Source: Amoebophrya sp. A120 (lineage: Eukaryota; Protista; Dinoflagellata). Taken from it: 64,000 nucleotides of DNA. Where the stretch lies: assembly GCA_905178155.1 (NCBI GenBank), contig CAJINV010000007.1, positions 876,627 to 940,626 of the forward strand, given 5' to 3'. Positions 12,401-23,400 of the stretch are shown here, one piece after another. The notes beneath the pieces are model-generated. The model was not told the origin of the DNA and ran no database searches. It saw nothing but the letters and a program-made list of their open reading frames with translations. Position 1 is the first letter of the stretch, and the number at the start of each line of letters is the position of its first letter. Position numbers and translations under genes: made by a program.

Positions 12401-15400
12401 ATCACGGGCACAACGCCGGAGACGCTTTGCCGGGTAGTTTACTCGTGTAATATACTGGCCGCAGTAGACCCATTCTATCTTGATGGGCATCAAGACACTG
12501 CGATCACTGGCGCAGAAGAACATGCTAACGGATATCGGTCTATTTATGAAATGGGCGACGTTACCGGTGCGAATATTGGGAGAAGGAGAACAGGGCATAA
12601 CAAAAGGAATCAGGGAGATGATGGAGAAGAGAAACAGAGCGGATGTCGCATTGCTTGAAGCCATGAAAAAGGGGACAAGTATAAGAATGCCAGCGGCGTC
12701 AGACCTAAGAGCGACAGGGATAGCACAGGATAACTCTAGAACGTTCGAGAAAATCTGGCCAAAGGATGAAGAAGTGACGAAAGTAATTGCAGCGGAGGAG
12801 CTAGGGCTGACGATAGTGACACGCGGGAAAATAGTATGGGGACCATTAGGAACTACGAAGCAAAGAACCTCGTGGATGTGAAGAGTATACAAATCAAAAC
12901 AGAGCAGAAGCGTCTTGAAATCGAAGAAAGAGAGCAGGAGCAAAGATTCCTCGCGTACGTAAGTAATACGCTGAGCATATTGGAGGATCTGCAAAAAGAA
13001 GAAGCGGAGGGGATAGTGGTGAAGCTGGTGGACTACGACGCTCTGAGAAATGCCACGGCTGGGCAACTGCGAGCGGAGAACGGGATATGCCTAGAGCTGA
13101 CGGAGAAGATAGAAGAACTACACCAACAAATAGAGGAAAGGCTAGAAAAGAGCTGCGGAATAGAGAAGAAGGAAGCTCAGAGACGCTTACGATTTCAGGG
13201 CCACCGAGGCACGGCGGGAATATGTATCGATAAGGGAAGTCTCGAGGTGAAGGAAGAAGAGAGGAAGGTGGAAGAAGGCGTAGACATAGTAACCTGTAAG
13301 ACTCTCAAGGCCGTTGATGTGTCGGAAATGGATAAAAAATCGCTTATATGGCCGATATATGACTTCGGAGAAGGAGTGCTAGAGTTGCCGGACGTAGAAG
13401 CTTCGCCAGAGATGACAAAGACTGACCGGCAAGATTTTATAACAGGAGCCCTATGCCCGGAAGAGCTTACAAAAATAGACGAACCCGAAGACATGGGAGC
13501 GAGTAGCGACATCAGAGGAATACTCAAAGAGTGGAAAGATGAGCAGGAAAGTGAAGAGGTGGCGCATCTAGTGGAGCGAATGAAAGTAAAGAAGGCAGGC
13601 GATGACGTCATGGATAAACTACGGGAGAATGCCGAGCGAATGATAAGGGAGAAAGAAGAGAGCGAGCAAGACAGAAGGGACGCGAGGGAAAACAGTGGCG
13701 CAGAGGGGACGACAGAGGGGGAACAGTGGCGCAGTCGCTATCGCTCTCGATAATAGAAAGAAAGGAAGGCGGCTACTACCAGAGGAGCTCCGGAGCTACA
13801 TCTGGGAAAAAGAGGGGACAGGTGCAGAAAATCAAGCAGACGAGGAGGAAGGGAGAGACATAGGTAATGCGGCAATGCAAAGCAACCAAAATACAGCGGA
13901 AGGGTCGAAGGAGAAAAGAACAGAGCAGAGGCTGACCGTAGGGGAAAGCGATCCAGCAAAACAGCAGAGACCCGCACTGAATGAAATTAAAGGGGGAAAA
14001 GGAGAGAAGGAGGCCGCCCAGAGGATAAATGAAAAGCAAAAGGGGCGGCGCGATAAAGAGGCACAAGGTGGCAGATTCTCAGCAGTGCAGCCAAAAGCAA
14101 GGGCGTCGCTAGAAAGCAAGGGCATAAGCATGGGGATAACGCGGAGTAGCACCGGCAAAGAGGTAAGAAGTACGGGAGGAAATGACAAGCCGACGGCTCA
14201 ACGGAAGCCAAAGAAGCAAGAGGAAATAAGAAAAAAGGAAAGCAAGACGGAAAGAGGGCCGGCCGAAGAAGCACGCGCAGAAGTGGACCCGCTGACATCG
14301 CGAGCACCGTACTCCTTAGAGTTTTCGAACGGAGGGCATCGAAGATACTCAAAAGAGGCAGAGGCGACTCAAGGCCGCGGAGCAAGTAGCTCTACAGGAC
14401 AAAGAGGAAGAGAGAGGAACAGTGAAAATGCAAGGAGGAGGAACAGCCCGGAGGGGGGAGAAAAGGGATCAAAGAAAGAGAGGCGGAGGATGGTGGCACA
14501 ATAGCAAGAAAAAGGCAAAAGAGTAAAGAGCAAGAAAATAGTAAACAAAAAACGGCGGGAGAGGGGGAAACGCTGGCGCAGACAATGCAGCGGATTATTC
14601 GGAGATCGCTGCAAGACAGCACAGGAGGGGGAGCGGGGGGACGACTTCAGGCGACGCAAGATCCCTATGATTGAAGTGACATAGTGACGGACCGAAAATC
14701 GGACACCAGGCCGAGCGACTGAAAAGTCTGAGAAATGTTCGCAGGATTTCCACCCTAACGCAAAAAGTTTCGGAGAATCCACATAGCGCAAAAACAAAAT
14801 CCAAAAAAAAGCCAAAAAAAATTTTTTGAATTTTTTTGCTTCCCCGACGGTCTGGCCTATGTGAGGCATTTCCCGAGTCTGTTCTCGCCCCTGTTTGTCA
14901 GAGGAGGGCCGGGCGCAGGTGTCGCATACTTGCCCGCTTGGGTGGTCCACATCTCTTGGCCTCCACTGCTGGCGATGAGAACCCAGAGTGGCAAATCCGT
15001 GTGGGGTTGCGCCTTCTTCTGTCGGGGAGCAGAGGCGCCCTTGTGGCGCATTGCCGCCGTAGAAGATTTCTCTTTGGGTTTGGCAAGGAAAAATCGCAGA
15101 AAAAATTTGAAAAAAATCCGGGAAAAATCAAGAGGCGCGCAAAAAAAATTTGAAAAAAATTCTAGAAAGTGGCCAATTTGCAAAAACCAATGGGATTTTG
15201 CTAATGTGGCCGATTTTCCGAAATTTTTTTTGGCCATTTTTCGCACCTCTTGAAATTTTATCCGGCCAAATTCAAATTTTTTTTGGGCAAATCGAAATTT
15301 TTTTAAAATTTTTCTTGGCCACACGCAAAGGAAATTCTGCACTTCAATTCGAACGCATCCGAGCGCCCGCGTTGTCGAGCAGCCACGTCCATCATGCCTG

Positions 15401-17853
15401 CGCGCCGCCTCCCGCGCGCTCCTGAGGCATACCGAGCCCGTGTGGCGTGGCGCCTTTGTGTTTTGCTTCATCCCATTGCGAAGCACCGAAGGCAGCGACC
15501 CAAATCCCGCCAGCCTTCTTGTGCAGCCTGCAGGACGGGCCCCAACCCGCCCCCGGCCCAAGAGCCACCCCGCTACCCTTCTCGGAAATTTTAAAAAATT
15601 TCAGGAAAAAAGTGGATTTTTCGGCCCAAAAGCGTTAGGGGCAAAATCCGGCAAAGAAATGCACTCCAGAGATTTTTGAAAAACGCACAGCATCGAAATC
15701 ATAGAAAAAAAAACGAAAACACTATCGCCCGTTTGAGAAAAAAAAAAAAAAAGAGGCCCGGCAGGCTCGAGGACTGCCGGAAAATATGACCCGGCGCGTT
15801 CGCCTTAAGATCCTGCCCTCATACTTCTAAGATCGTTTCAGCGCAGTCAGATTAAGGATCTCCAGGGGATCCCTTAAGTTGCCAATGAACGCGACAGGGC
15901 CAAGATCACCCCGAGAAGCTTCAGGCGAATCGCGGGGCGCGTTTCAAAATGTCCAAACTTTGAAACAGGCGGCGACGATAGGCCAAGAAGATCGACCGCA
16001 CTCAGAGAAACAAGAGCGGCGCGGATCCAAAAAAAAAAAAAAAAACGAAGGTAACAGAGCAAAACGCTGCGCAGAGGTCGAGGAGCTGAGAAGAGAAGCC
16101 GCGAAGATTTCACACCATGCGCCGAAGTAAAGCCGCTGGCGTCGCGGGTTAAATTGGCAGGCGAGTGAAATTGAGGACGGAGTTTTCAGCGAGATAAATG
16201 GGGAGGCGAGTTAAATTAGCAGGAGGATGCAGGCGAGTGAAATTGAGAAAGGGGAAAGGAGGAGAAAAGGGAGGCCATTACTATACAGGAGGCCATCAGC
16301 TAGCGAATAATTAAACAGCCTCGCCGAAATTATAGGGCTTTTTCTTTTATAGTAGATCAAGGACGGCGAGCGCTCTTTTTAAAACCCCCCCGCCGTCCCA
16401 TATTTGCATGCGCGGGGAGTCTAAGTAACATGGCTTGCCAGAGTCATTGACGAACCGGGAAGATGGGAGGTGGGGATTACCGTTTTCAGACAGGCCAGCC
16501 GCCGCGAGTGACTACCACCTCTGTTATTGAGGGAGCGCGTGTCCTCCTCGACTGAGTTGCGTGCGCGGCCCATCCGTGTTCCGCGTAAAACTCTACAGGA
16601 GAGTGCGCGCCGCGTCGAAAGGCTCCCTTCCGTATGGAGCGCCCCGAACTCGTTTTAGCGCACCTTTATGATGGCCTCACTGTTCTGAGATGTTAGATCA
16701 GTTACAGTTTGCAAAACCCAGTCTGTTTATGCTAGCAGATGGCTAGTGCGCTGTGAACCCCCAGGACCAGGCTGACTTAGTCCCGACCGAAGTGGTAGGC
16801 GCTAGGATGAACTATGTATGTAGCGCCTAGGGCCCTTCCGTACGGCCAATATGTATGTCCCGTAACGGGGATCGCCTATGTCGGTCATTTATATGCAAGG
16901 CGACGGGTCACCCGGTCGGCAGAGCCGATCCATACGAACGGACGAACGATGTTTGCAATTACTACGAACGAGTGCGATACTTTTGCACAGAATAAGTTCA
17001 CCAGCGGAATTCGGTCTTTGAAAGGTGACGCGTAGGCATTGCAAATATGTCTGGGTCTAGAAACTTGTAATGCTGAGTTGTGAATTAGTGATTGCACTGT
17101 AATGCACAGCCAAGCATGTTGAGAAATAGAAATACTTGCTGGGGGGCTTAGTGTTGCGCTTTATGCATGACAAACTGCGTTCTTTTTGCATGACATGCAA
17201 ATAAAGGGTGTCTTCTTGGACACGCATCACAGACATTTCAGTCATGCCAGACAAGCACGACAAACACAAACCTTGGTTGCATCCTTCCAGACCCAGACAC
17301 ATTTGCAGTGCATAACGCGAGAACAAAGGACGTAATGGACGCGCAGAAGAGGCTGGAAGCCTGCAAGAGCTTCGTGGACGAGGTAAGTATGAGTGAGAAG
17401 TTTTTGATATATGCATGATTGATAGATGTTGTCACCTTGCATGACAAATATGGTGTTAGTTTTATTGATGCCGTGATGTTCAACTTCAACATTGTGTAGC
17501 GCATGGCAAACTCCTCAAACCCCAACTTTATCAAGGTCCTGGAGCCCAAGGTGATCAAACTAGACCGCATTTTCCACATTCTGGCCAACGATATGCGAGA
17601 AATCCGGGACGATGTGGAGCTCGTCTCGCTCTCCACCGCAAACCTCGCGAAGATGGTCCGGTCGTTCTACGAAGCAGCCCGTGTCCGGGCGGCGGAGCGG
17701 AAAGTGTACGAAGAGAAAGCAGAACGGGAAAAGAAATTACGGGAATTGGAGGACAGAAAAGCTGCGGAGGTGAAGGCCAAGGCGAGTGCGAATGTCATGA
17801 AGGAAAAGGCGGAGCATCTAGACGGGTTCGATCCGAGAAGGAAGAAAGGGTAA
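3492..17853 (+). CDS. Single-domain voltage-gated cation channel (Ion_trans S1-S6) with two C-terminal EF-hands and coiled-coil tail; 26 introners plus 2 GT-AG introns
   Basis: Manual splicing gives S1 FELGGSLLILVN, S2 LEKFFTLLFFGEWTLRIVAYG, S3 FNGFDTFLVV, S4 MRTFTALRTIRVIRVAKAVR, S5 WTLIILIIFVYCFGVLAVKLL, pore GMLSMFQVVTLDAFSDGIVR, S6 LFFALFVVIANMVVLNTIMAMVV, EF loops DVDRSGDLTRRE and DDGDGKLTVFE, then TSGIRSLKGDA. GT-AG introns at 7312-7549 and 17383-17535. One frame ambiguity near 5750. Start codon assumed. Confidence 0.88.
3555..3793. mobile_element. Introner family 5 (TIR TATGGCGTTCTCAA..GTTACATTCTCAACTGTTACATGA, ~240 bp), representative copy
   Basis: Copies: 3555-3793, 31321-31555, 32344-32576 (5' end clipped), 44265-44507. 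Confidence 0.9.
5396..5647. mobile_element. Introner family 7 (TIR TAT....TGCAAAWATGTCTGGGTCTGGAA, 250-280 bp), representative copy
   Basis: Copies: 4122-4392, 4435-4692, 5396-5647, 9048-9309, 10711-10970, 17033-17314, 21354-21618, 24929-25202, 27173-27440, 27512-27764, 46657-46929, 50032-50293, 57194-57455, 58397-58658. Confidence 0.9.
6046..6203. mobile_element. Introner family 6 (TATGCAATACAAAT...AAATTTACTGTGGATA, ~160-180 bp), representative copy
   Basis: Copies: 3891-4073, 6046-6203, 8397-8557 (inverted), 9605-9770 (inverted), 29158-30820 (interrupted), 31863-32027, 35736-35907, 55606-55774. Confidence 0.9.
8047..8284. mobile_element. Introner family 11 (TIR TATGA..GTGCACAAC...CCCC, ~230 bp), representative copy
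   Basis: Copies: 8047-8284 (DR agacg, splits the channel selectivity filter) and 41716-41942. Confidence 0.85.
8795..9007. mobile_element. Introner family 9 group (TIR TAT......AAAAAA[G/CT]GTG/T..., 160-215 bp), representative copy
   Basis: Copies: 5752-5965, 8795-9007, 21740-21953, 49773-49983. Related subfamilies: 9379-9576 and 26889-27097; 7042-7250 and 47023-47231; 28381-28539 and 47407-47567. Confidence 0.88.
9863..10017. mobile_element. Introner family 8 (TIR TAT....TGCAAAAGTATCGTACTCGTA, 130-220 bp), representative copy
   Basis: Copies: 4834-5054, 6312-6503, 7761-7967, 9863-10017, 11038-16994 (interrupted), 23309-23483, 23550-23705, 25270-25420, 28198-28346, 31619-31767, 46142-46294, 46462-46594, 57531-57691, 61207-61360, partial ~41014-41090. 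Confidence 0.9.
11149..16948 (+). mobile_element. 5'-truncated non-LTR-type retroelement (~5.8 kb) nested inside introner 11038-16994
   Basis: The family-8 introner breaks at 11148 and resumes at 16949; its DR agttc is at 11033-11037 and 16995-16999. A candidate 4-bp TSD atgt lies at 11145-11148 and 16949-16952. Contains RT motifs and ends in a short repeat (acgaacggacgaacg). Confidence 0.8.
11213..14504 (+). pseudogene. Reverse-transcriptase polyprotein of the retroelement, frameshifted (ORFs 11360-12658, 12480-12881, 12836-13753, 13695-14504)
   Basis: RT motifs in order: IGLDASNFYNNL (in frame upstream of 11360), LTQGSVECML, QFVDDGTL, LAPQKCEL, IKILGATI. Overlapping purine-rich ORFs suggest frameshifts (decay or assembly error). 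No endonuclease motif recognised. Confidence 0.75.
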
Positions 17854-20484
17854 GTAACTGCGACTGAGCCGTCCTTTCTACAACTACTTGTTGCAACTCA
17901 ACGACGAACCTGCAGTCGGGGGTTTTGGGCGTGAGTAAGTACTAGTTGTTGTGCCACAGCATCAAATCTAATGACAAAATGAAGAGGGCGGGAGAAAGTG
18001 AAAGGGTGAGACGAGCAGGCCGCGCCGGAGAGGACACGAGATTAACCACAAATCACGCGAGTTGTTCTTGTTGCCAACGATAAAAATCCTCCGACTGATG
18101 TTGCCTTCATCTGATGTTCCGGCTCGTTTGGTACCACACACCACGCTCCTGCGCGAGGACCTTCCGAAGATTCGCCTGTTTGACGACAAAAGCTTCAACT
18201 GCCGCGCCAGCATTAGCAACTACTGCTATCAAGAACATTCAGTACTTACGTTAGGCATCTGCCCTAAATGATGATCGAAGATCTACTTCTACTTCTCTGC
18301 GGTGTGGATCCATCATGGACTGGGAGTGGAGGTTTGGATGATGGTGGGTGGTGAAGAAGAAGATTTGTCGTGGTGATGAAGAATGGCGTGTGATGGAGTC
18401 CGTCGTGTCAGAATGAAGTTGCGACTTTGATTGAAGATGCTGCTTTTGATGACGCGAACGGGAAGAAGATGTTAGGTAATGTCGGAATCGGAAGCCGGGC
18501 GTGAACAATGTGAAGACAAAAGTGCAACTGCGGTCCAGGCTTACACAGATAGCGAAACTGCCTATTCTTTTTGATGCGGGTGACACAGAAAAAAGAGCAT
18601 CCATCGCTTTTGCGATGTTCGTGGTTTTTCTGTCGAAGGGCAGACTGAGAGTGAGAGGCGGCTGGCACGACCACGACGACGGATGGCACATTAAGAAGCT
18701 TAAAAACAATAGTGAAAAAAGAAAAACGAGTGTGCTGTGAGACTGGTATGGCGTGTCTAAAAGTGCTTGTTTCAAAAGCCAACGAGCGGGAGCGAGATGT
18801 CTGGAACGTGCCAGCATATGAAGCTTTCTTCCGAGATATTTCTCTCCATCTTCCTGCGCAACATTTTTAGAGTTGGAGCGGAGAATGTCTGCAGCTTCGA
18901 GATATCTCGCCGCCAGCCTCTCTCTCCGTTCTGTTGGCCCTGTCAGTCTGGGCTACGTGTGCGCGGACAATTCGGGTCGGGCAGAATTGCGTGGGCGCGC
19001 GGCGTTCTGAAAGAGTCAGAACACGAAACACCTGCGCCGCCGGAGAATGCAGGCGGGGAACCGCGCGACAATAGACACCCGAGATCCGATCACGTGGCGG
19101 CGGGGCCCCGCACGAAAAAGCGGGCGGAAAACCAACTGCAACAGACTCGCCACGGCCCGCCCCCTCCCCGCACCGGCACCGCCGGCCGGCGCGCATTGCG
19201 CAGGCCCCCGAAAGTCCCCGCCCCGCCACCTTGAAACAACGCGGGGGGGCGCGCCCGCCGAAGCCATGCGCCCGCGCGCGCAGGGTTGGCGTTAATCTCA
19301 GCCCGCGGCCCCGTTTTCGGGGGGCGCCTGCAAGGCCGCCGGCTGACTTTTGGCTGCGTTCGGACGGCGGCCGCCCCCAAAACGGCCCGCCCCTGTGTGG
19401 CCCCGGGCATGGTATTTCCGCTTGCTGATTGTGGCGCGCCCGCCCGGCCCGGGCCCGCGTGAGTGTGGTGCGTATCTATTTTATTGACCGATGGCGCCCC
19501 AGCAGTCCTGCTATCTGTCGCGCAGCCTTCCGAGCCTATTTGCATGCTCGTGAGGCCGTAGCCTGTAGATTCTTTGCCAGCGCACCTTCTGGCGGGCTGG
19601 CTTCGCTCCAACTTCAAATTGGAGAAGGGGTTGCACCCCCATCAAGGGCGCCGCGTATCTACTCGTCGCCCCCCTCGTGTATGTGTCTTTCTGACGCGTG
19701 ACAATGGCAGGCATCGATCGCGAAAATGTTCAGGATCAGCCATTGTGGTTTATTCAAAACGCGTCATGCGTGTTGAAAAAACTGCTGGTCGTGTGAGTCT
19801 CCTTTTTTTTTCTGCTAGTGTGTATGTTTGCCGTAAAAAAGGAACGAGGGGGCACCTCCGTGCCTATGAGAGAATGATGAGTGAGAAGCGGCCTGAATAA
19901 TGGACAGGCCGGCGCCGGTCGGCGTTCAACATGTCACTCATTGTCGGATGAGAAGAAAAAACTGCAGCGGGTCAAGAAGTTGAGAGAGATACACCACGAC
20001 AACCGCTTACCTGCTACAACAGGGGATCGGCCCACCTCTAAGAGGTTTTCCGGCGTTTGTCATGCGAGATTTTCCTCCTGGGTCTGGATTTCGATTTCAT
20101 GATTAACTGCTCTTATCCAGACTTGCACTTGTAAGAAGCGCGACGATGACAAAAGTAAAGATGCGTGAAGACTATTTAACTTGAGTGTGGTGTTGGGGAA
20201 CACGCTGACAGGACATCGATCAGCCATTGGTTTGTCCTTGTTCCATACCCAATCGCATTACGGACGAGTGCTCTCGTCCTGGGAGGATGACAACGGCTAC
20301 GCTGCTCTCGTCTTGCAGCGTATGACGCGGCACAATTGGTCGTGGTAGTGCAAACAGTGCATATCGGGTTTTTCAACGCTTCGAGATTAAAATGCATTGA
20401 TTGCCAGCACCAGCCCGGGATGGCTGCGGAGCAGGAAACTATGTATAGAGAAACCTAAATTCGGTCGTTGACAAACTGTTTCTT

Positions 20485-23400
20485 GTGGCCCACCAATTTC
20501 GCCGTCCATACCAATCGGGCTCATCTTTGAAAGGGCCGCCAGATGAGAGGGACTCGCGCATACCATCAACTGGCTCGACGACCCGAATATGGCACGACAT
20601 CACGGACTCGTCGCGGGGAAGAAGACGAAAACAGCTCTTCTTCCCAACGAAGCTCCTCACAACCTGCGCACTGCTTTCCTCTTCCTTCACACCCAAAAAT
20701 ACCCTCGCCGCGAAAATCGCCGGGAAGAAAGCAGACGCTTCTGTCGTGAAAAAGGCATCAACTACCGCAGGTCGTGTTGCAGCGAGTAAACTCACGAAGA
20801 TGGATGTTGAAAAAGCAAAAACTTCTAAAACATCCGTCCAGATGAAGTCAGCAATACAAATGAAAGCCGAACATCAAGCTGCAGCAAAGAAGGCCGAGGC
20901 GGAGCGAGCTGAAGCGAAACGAGAATTGCAGAAGATCCGGAAGGAGAAAGCCGCGGCGGCGGCGCAGACTATGCTGTGTAAAAACGTCCCCACCTCCCCA
21001 GAGTTGTCACGCAAATCTGCATGCCAAAAGCAATTTGTCATGTGGAGCCCCATGAGAAGCATTGTCTATTCGTATTCGGGAATTTGTGATGCTAGAATCA
21101 GCTGCAGCATGAAATGATATGCTGGATCTGTGATGCTACTTCTGAACTAGCGAAACAGGATTACACTACGAAGAAAAACTTGTCATGCGAAACAACCAAA
21201 GCTGGTGGATTTGTATAGCAGGTTTTGCATCAGCATCTTGACTCTGGTGTGGGGACGGTTTTACTGACGATACAGACCGAGCTGAAGTTTGCGCCGGAAG
21301 CGCTGCTGGAAGAAGAGATGACATTGGAGGAACAAGAAGCGGCCATGAAGCCGTATGGCTTGCAAATATGTCTGGGTCTGGAAACTTGTAATGCTAGTAA
21401 AAGTGAATGGTAGACGGTAGGCACACTGCAATACGCAGCTACGCATGACAAATTTTTTGGCTCCCATGTCTTACGTATTCCGCATGGCAAACTGCGTTTT
21501 TGCATGACAGGTAAGCGGGCCCTTTCGTGCCTATGCAACACAGATTCTCGAGTCATGCCAGACAAGCATGACAAACTTGCATTCTTCCAGACCCAGACAA
21601 TAAATTTTGCACTTGATAAGCCGCAAGACCCGGCCACGGCGGTGAGTTTGCTGCAAACGACCAGGAACCGGGTCATTTCCAGCTTGGAAAAAGAAATTGC
21701 CGACATCGACAAGGAAGCGAGCAAACACAAGGCGCAAAATATCACAGGAAAAAAGTGTTAATACAGTTACACATTTGTTGGAATTTCAGCATCACAAGTT
21801 TTCCCTGTGTGACGGAGAAAACCTGTGATGCGCAGACTATGAGGGAAAACACGAATGAAATGAGGCTGGCAAGCATTTCCTGCAGGACAGAGGTTGTCTG
21901 TCTTGCTTGTCTTCCATTAGACTGTGTAACTGTAGCACTTTTTTCTCGTGATACAAAACACCTACACGGAAAACGGCATGCGGGTATTGGGGTTCGAAGA
22001 GATGCGGAAAATCTTTCTCCATGACAACCTCGCGGCGGAAAAAACCAGAGACAACGGTATAACCCGCTCAGGCGTTACAATCTCAAACGATACAATACAA
22101 TCTGAGATTTGTCTTGCGTGATGAGCATGACAGACTCGCAGAGCGTTCCACTTTCTGTAATACAAATTTCGCCAGATTGTAGTGGGGTTTGAGGCTCCGG
22201 AACTTGTCATGCGCAATCCCATAACAGTTTGCTAGATCATGCACTCCTGCAACACAGATTTCCATATTCTATATGTAACGTTTGAGATTGTAGCACCTGA
22301 GCGGGTTATAAACGGGGAAGACGACAATTCGGGAGAAGGAGCAGGACAGACGATCGAGAGACTCGGGCACCAGCACCACGGGAAGAAGCGCAATGGTCAC
22401 GGCAAGAGCCGGGTGGAGAAGGCAAAACACACATCGACATCGTCGAATCAAAAACACAAACACACGGATGAACTTGAACGCGACGACAAGAAACAAGACG
22501 CAGAGATGAACAAACAGCACTCCATATCGTATTTAAAAACGTCCCCACCCCATTAGTTGTAATGCAAATCTGCATGCTGAAAATGTTTCTCATGCGGAGC
22601 CCCATGAGAGGCGTTTTCTAGTCGTGTTTCGCAATTTGTCATGCTCCAATCAGCATGATATACTAGATCTGTGATGCTGCTGAACTAGCTCAAACAGCAC
22701 TACGCTACGAGCCAAAATTTGTCATGCACGGCAGCCAAGACTTGTGGATTTGTCTAGCCGATTCCCCATCTTGACTATGGGGTGGGGACGTTTTTACACA
22801 GGATACTCCAACCTGACAGGACAGAACAAACCGGGCCAGAAGGTCGCGTTTCTGGAAGTAGAAAAGGACCAGCTGGCGAGTACCATATGTAAAAACGTCT
22901 CCACCCCATAGTCAAGCTGGGAACTTAGCAACACAAACCCAAAAGCTTTGGGAGCAACGCATGACAAATTCCAGTCCGTAGTGTAGTTCAGTTTAGCAAG
23001 TGCAGCCGCATCACAAATCCATCTGCTCATCCCGTTTACAGCATATAGAAATTGTTCCAAAACGCCACTGGAAACGCCTCTCATGGAGATGCGCACTACA
23101 AATCTTCCTGTAATCGCAAATCTGCATGACAACTATGGGATGGGGCGGACGTTTTTACTCAGGATAGCGAGCCAGGGAATTGTACAGGAAGACCTGCAGT
23201 CGAAGTTTGAGAAGCACATGCACAAAGTCGTCAGTGACGAGTCTTCCTCTGACGAGAAGTACTACTGGCTCAGCAAAAACCGCAAGGTAAGAAATGACGG
23301 CGCCGAAGTATGTATTGCAAAAGAAGTTGTATTTTTGCGGTAGTACTAGAAATTGCAACTGCCTCTATGCAACATGAGCATGACAGATTTGCTTGCTATC

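Noticed and set aside
16920-16950. Group II intron domain V (GAGCCG)
   Set aside because: The downstream sequence cannot form the DV hairpin; the RT is non-LTR-like.
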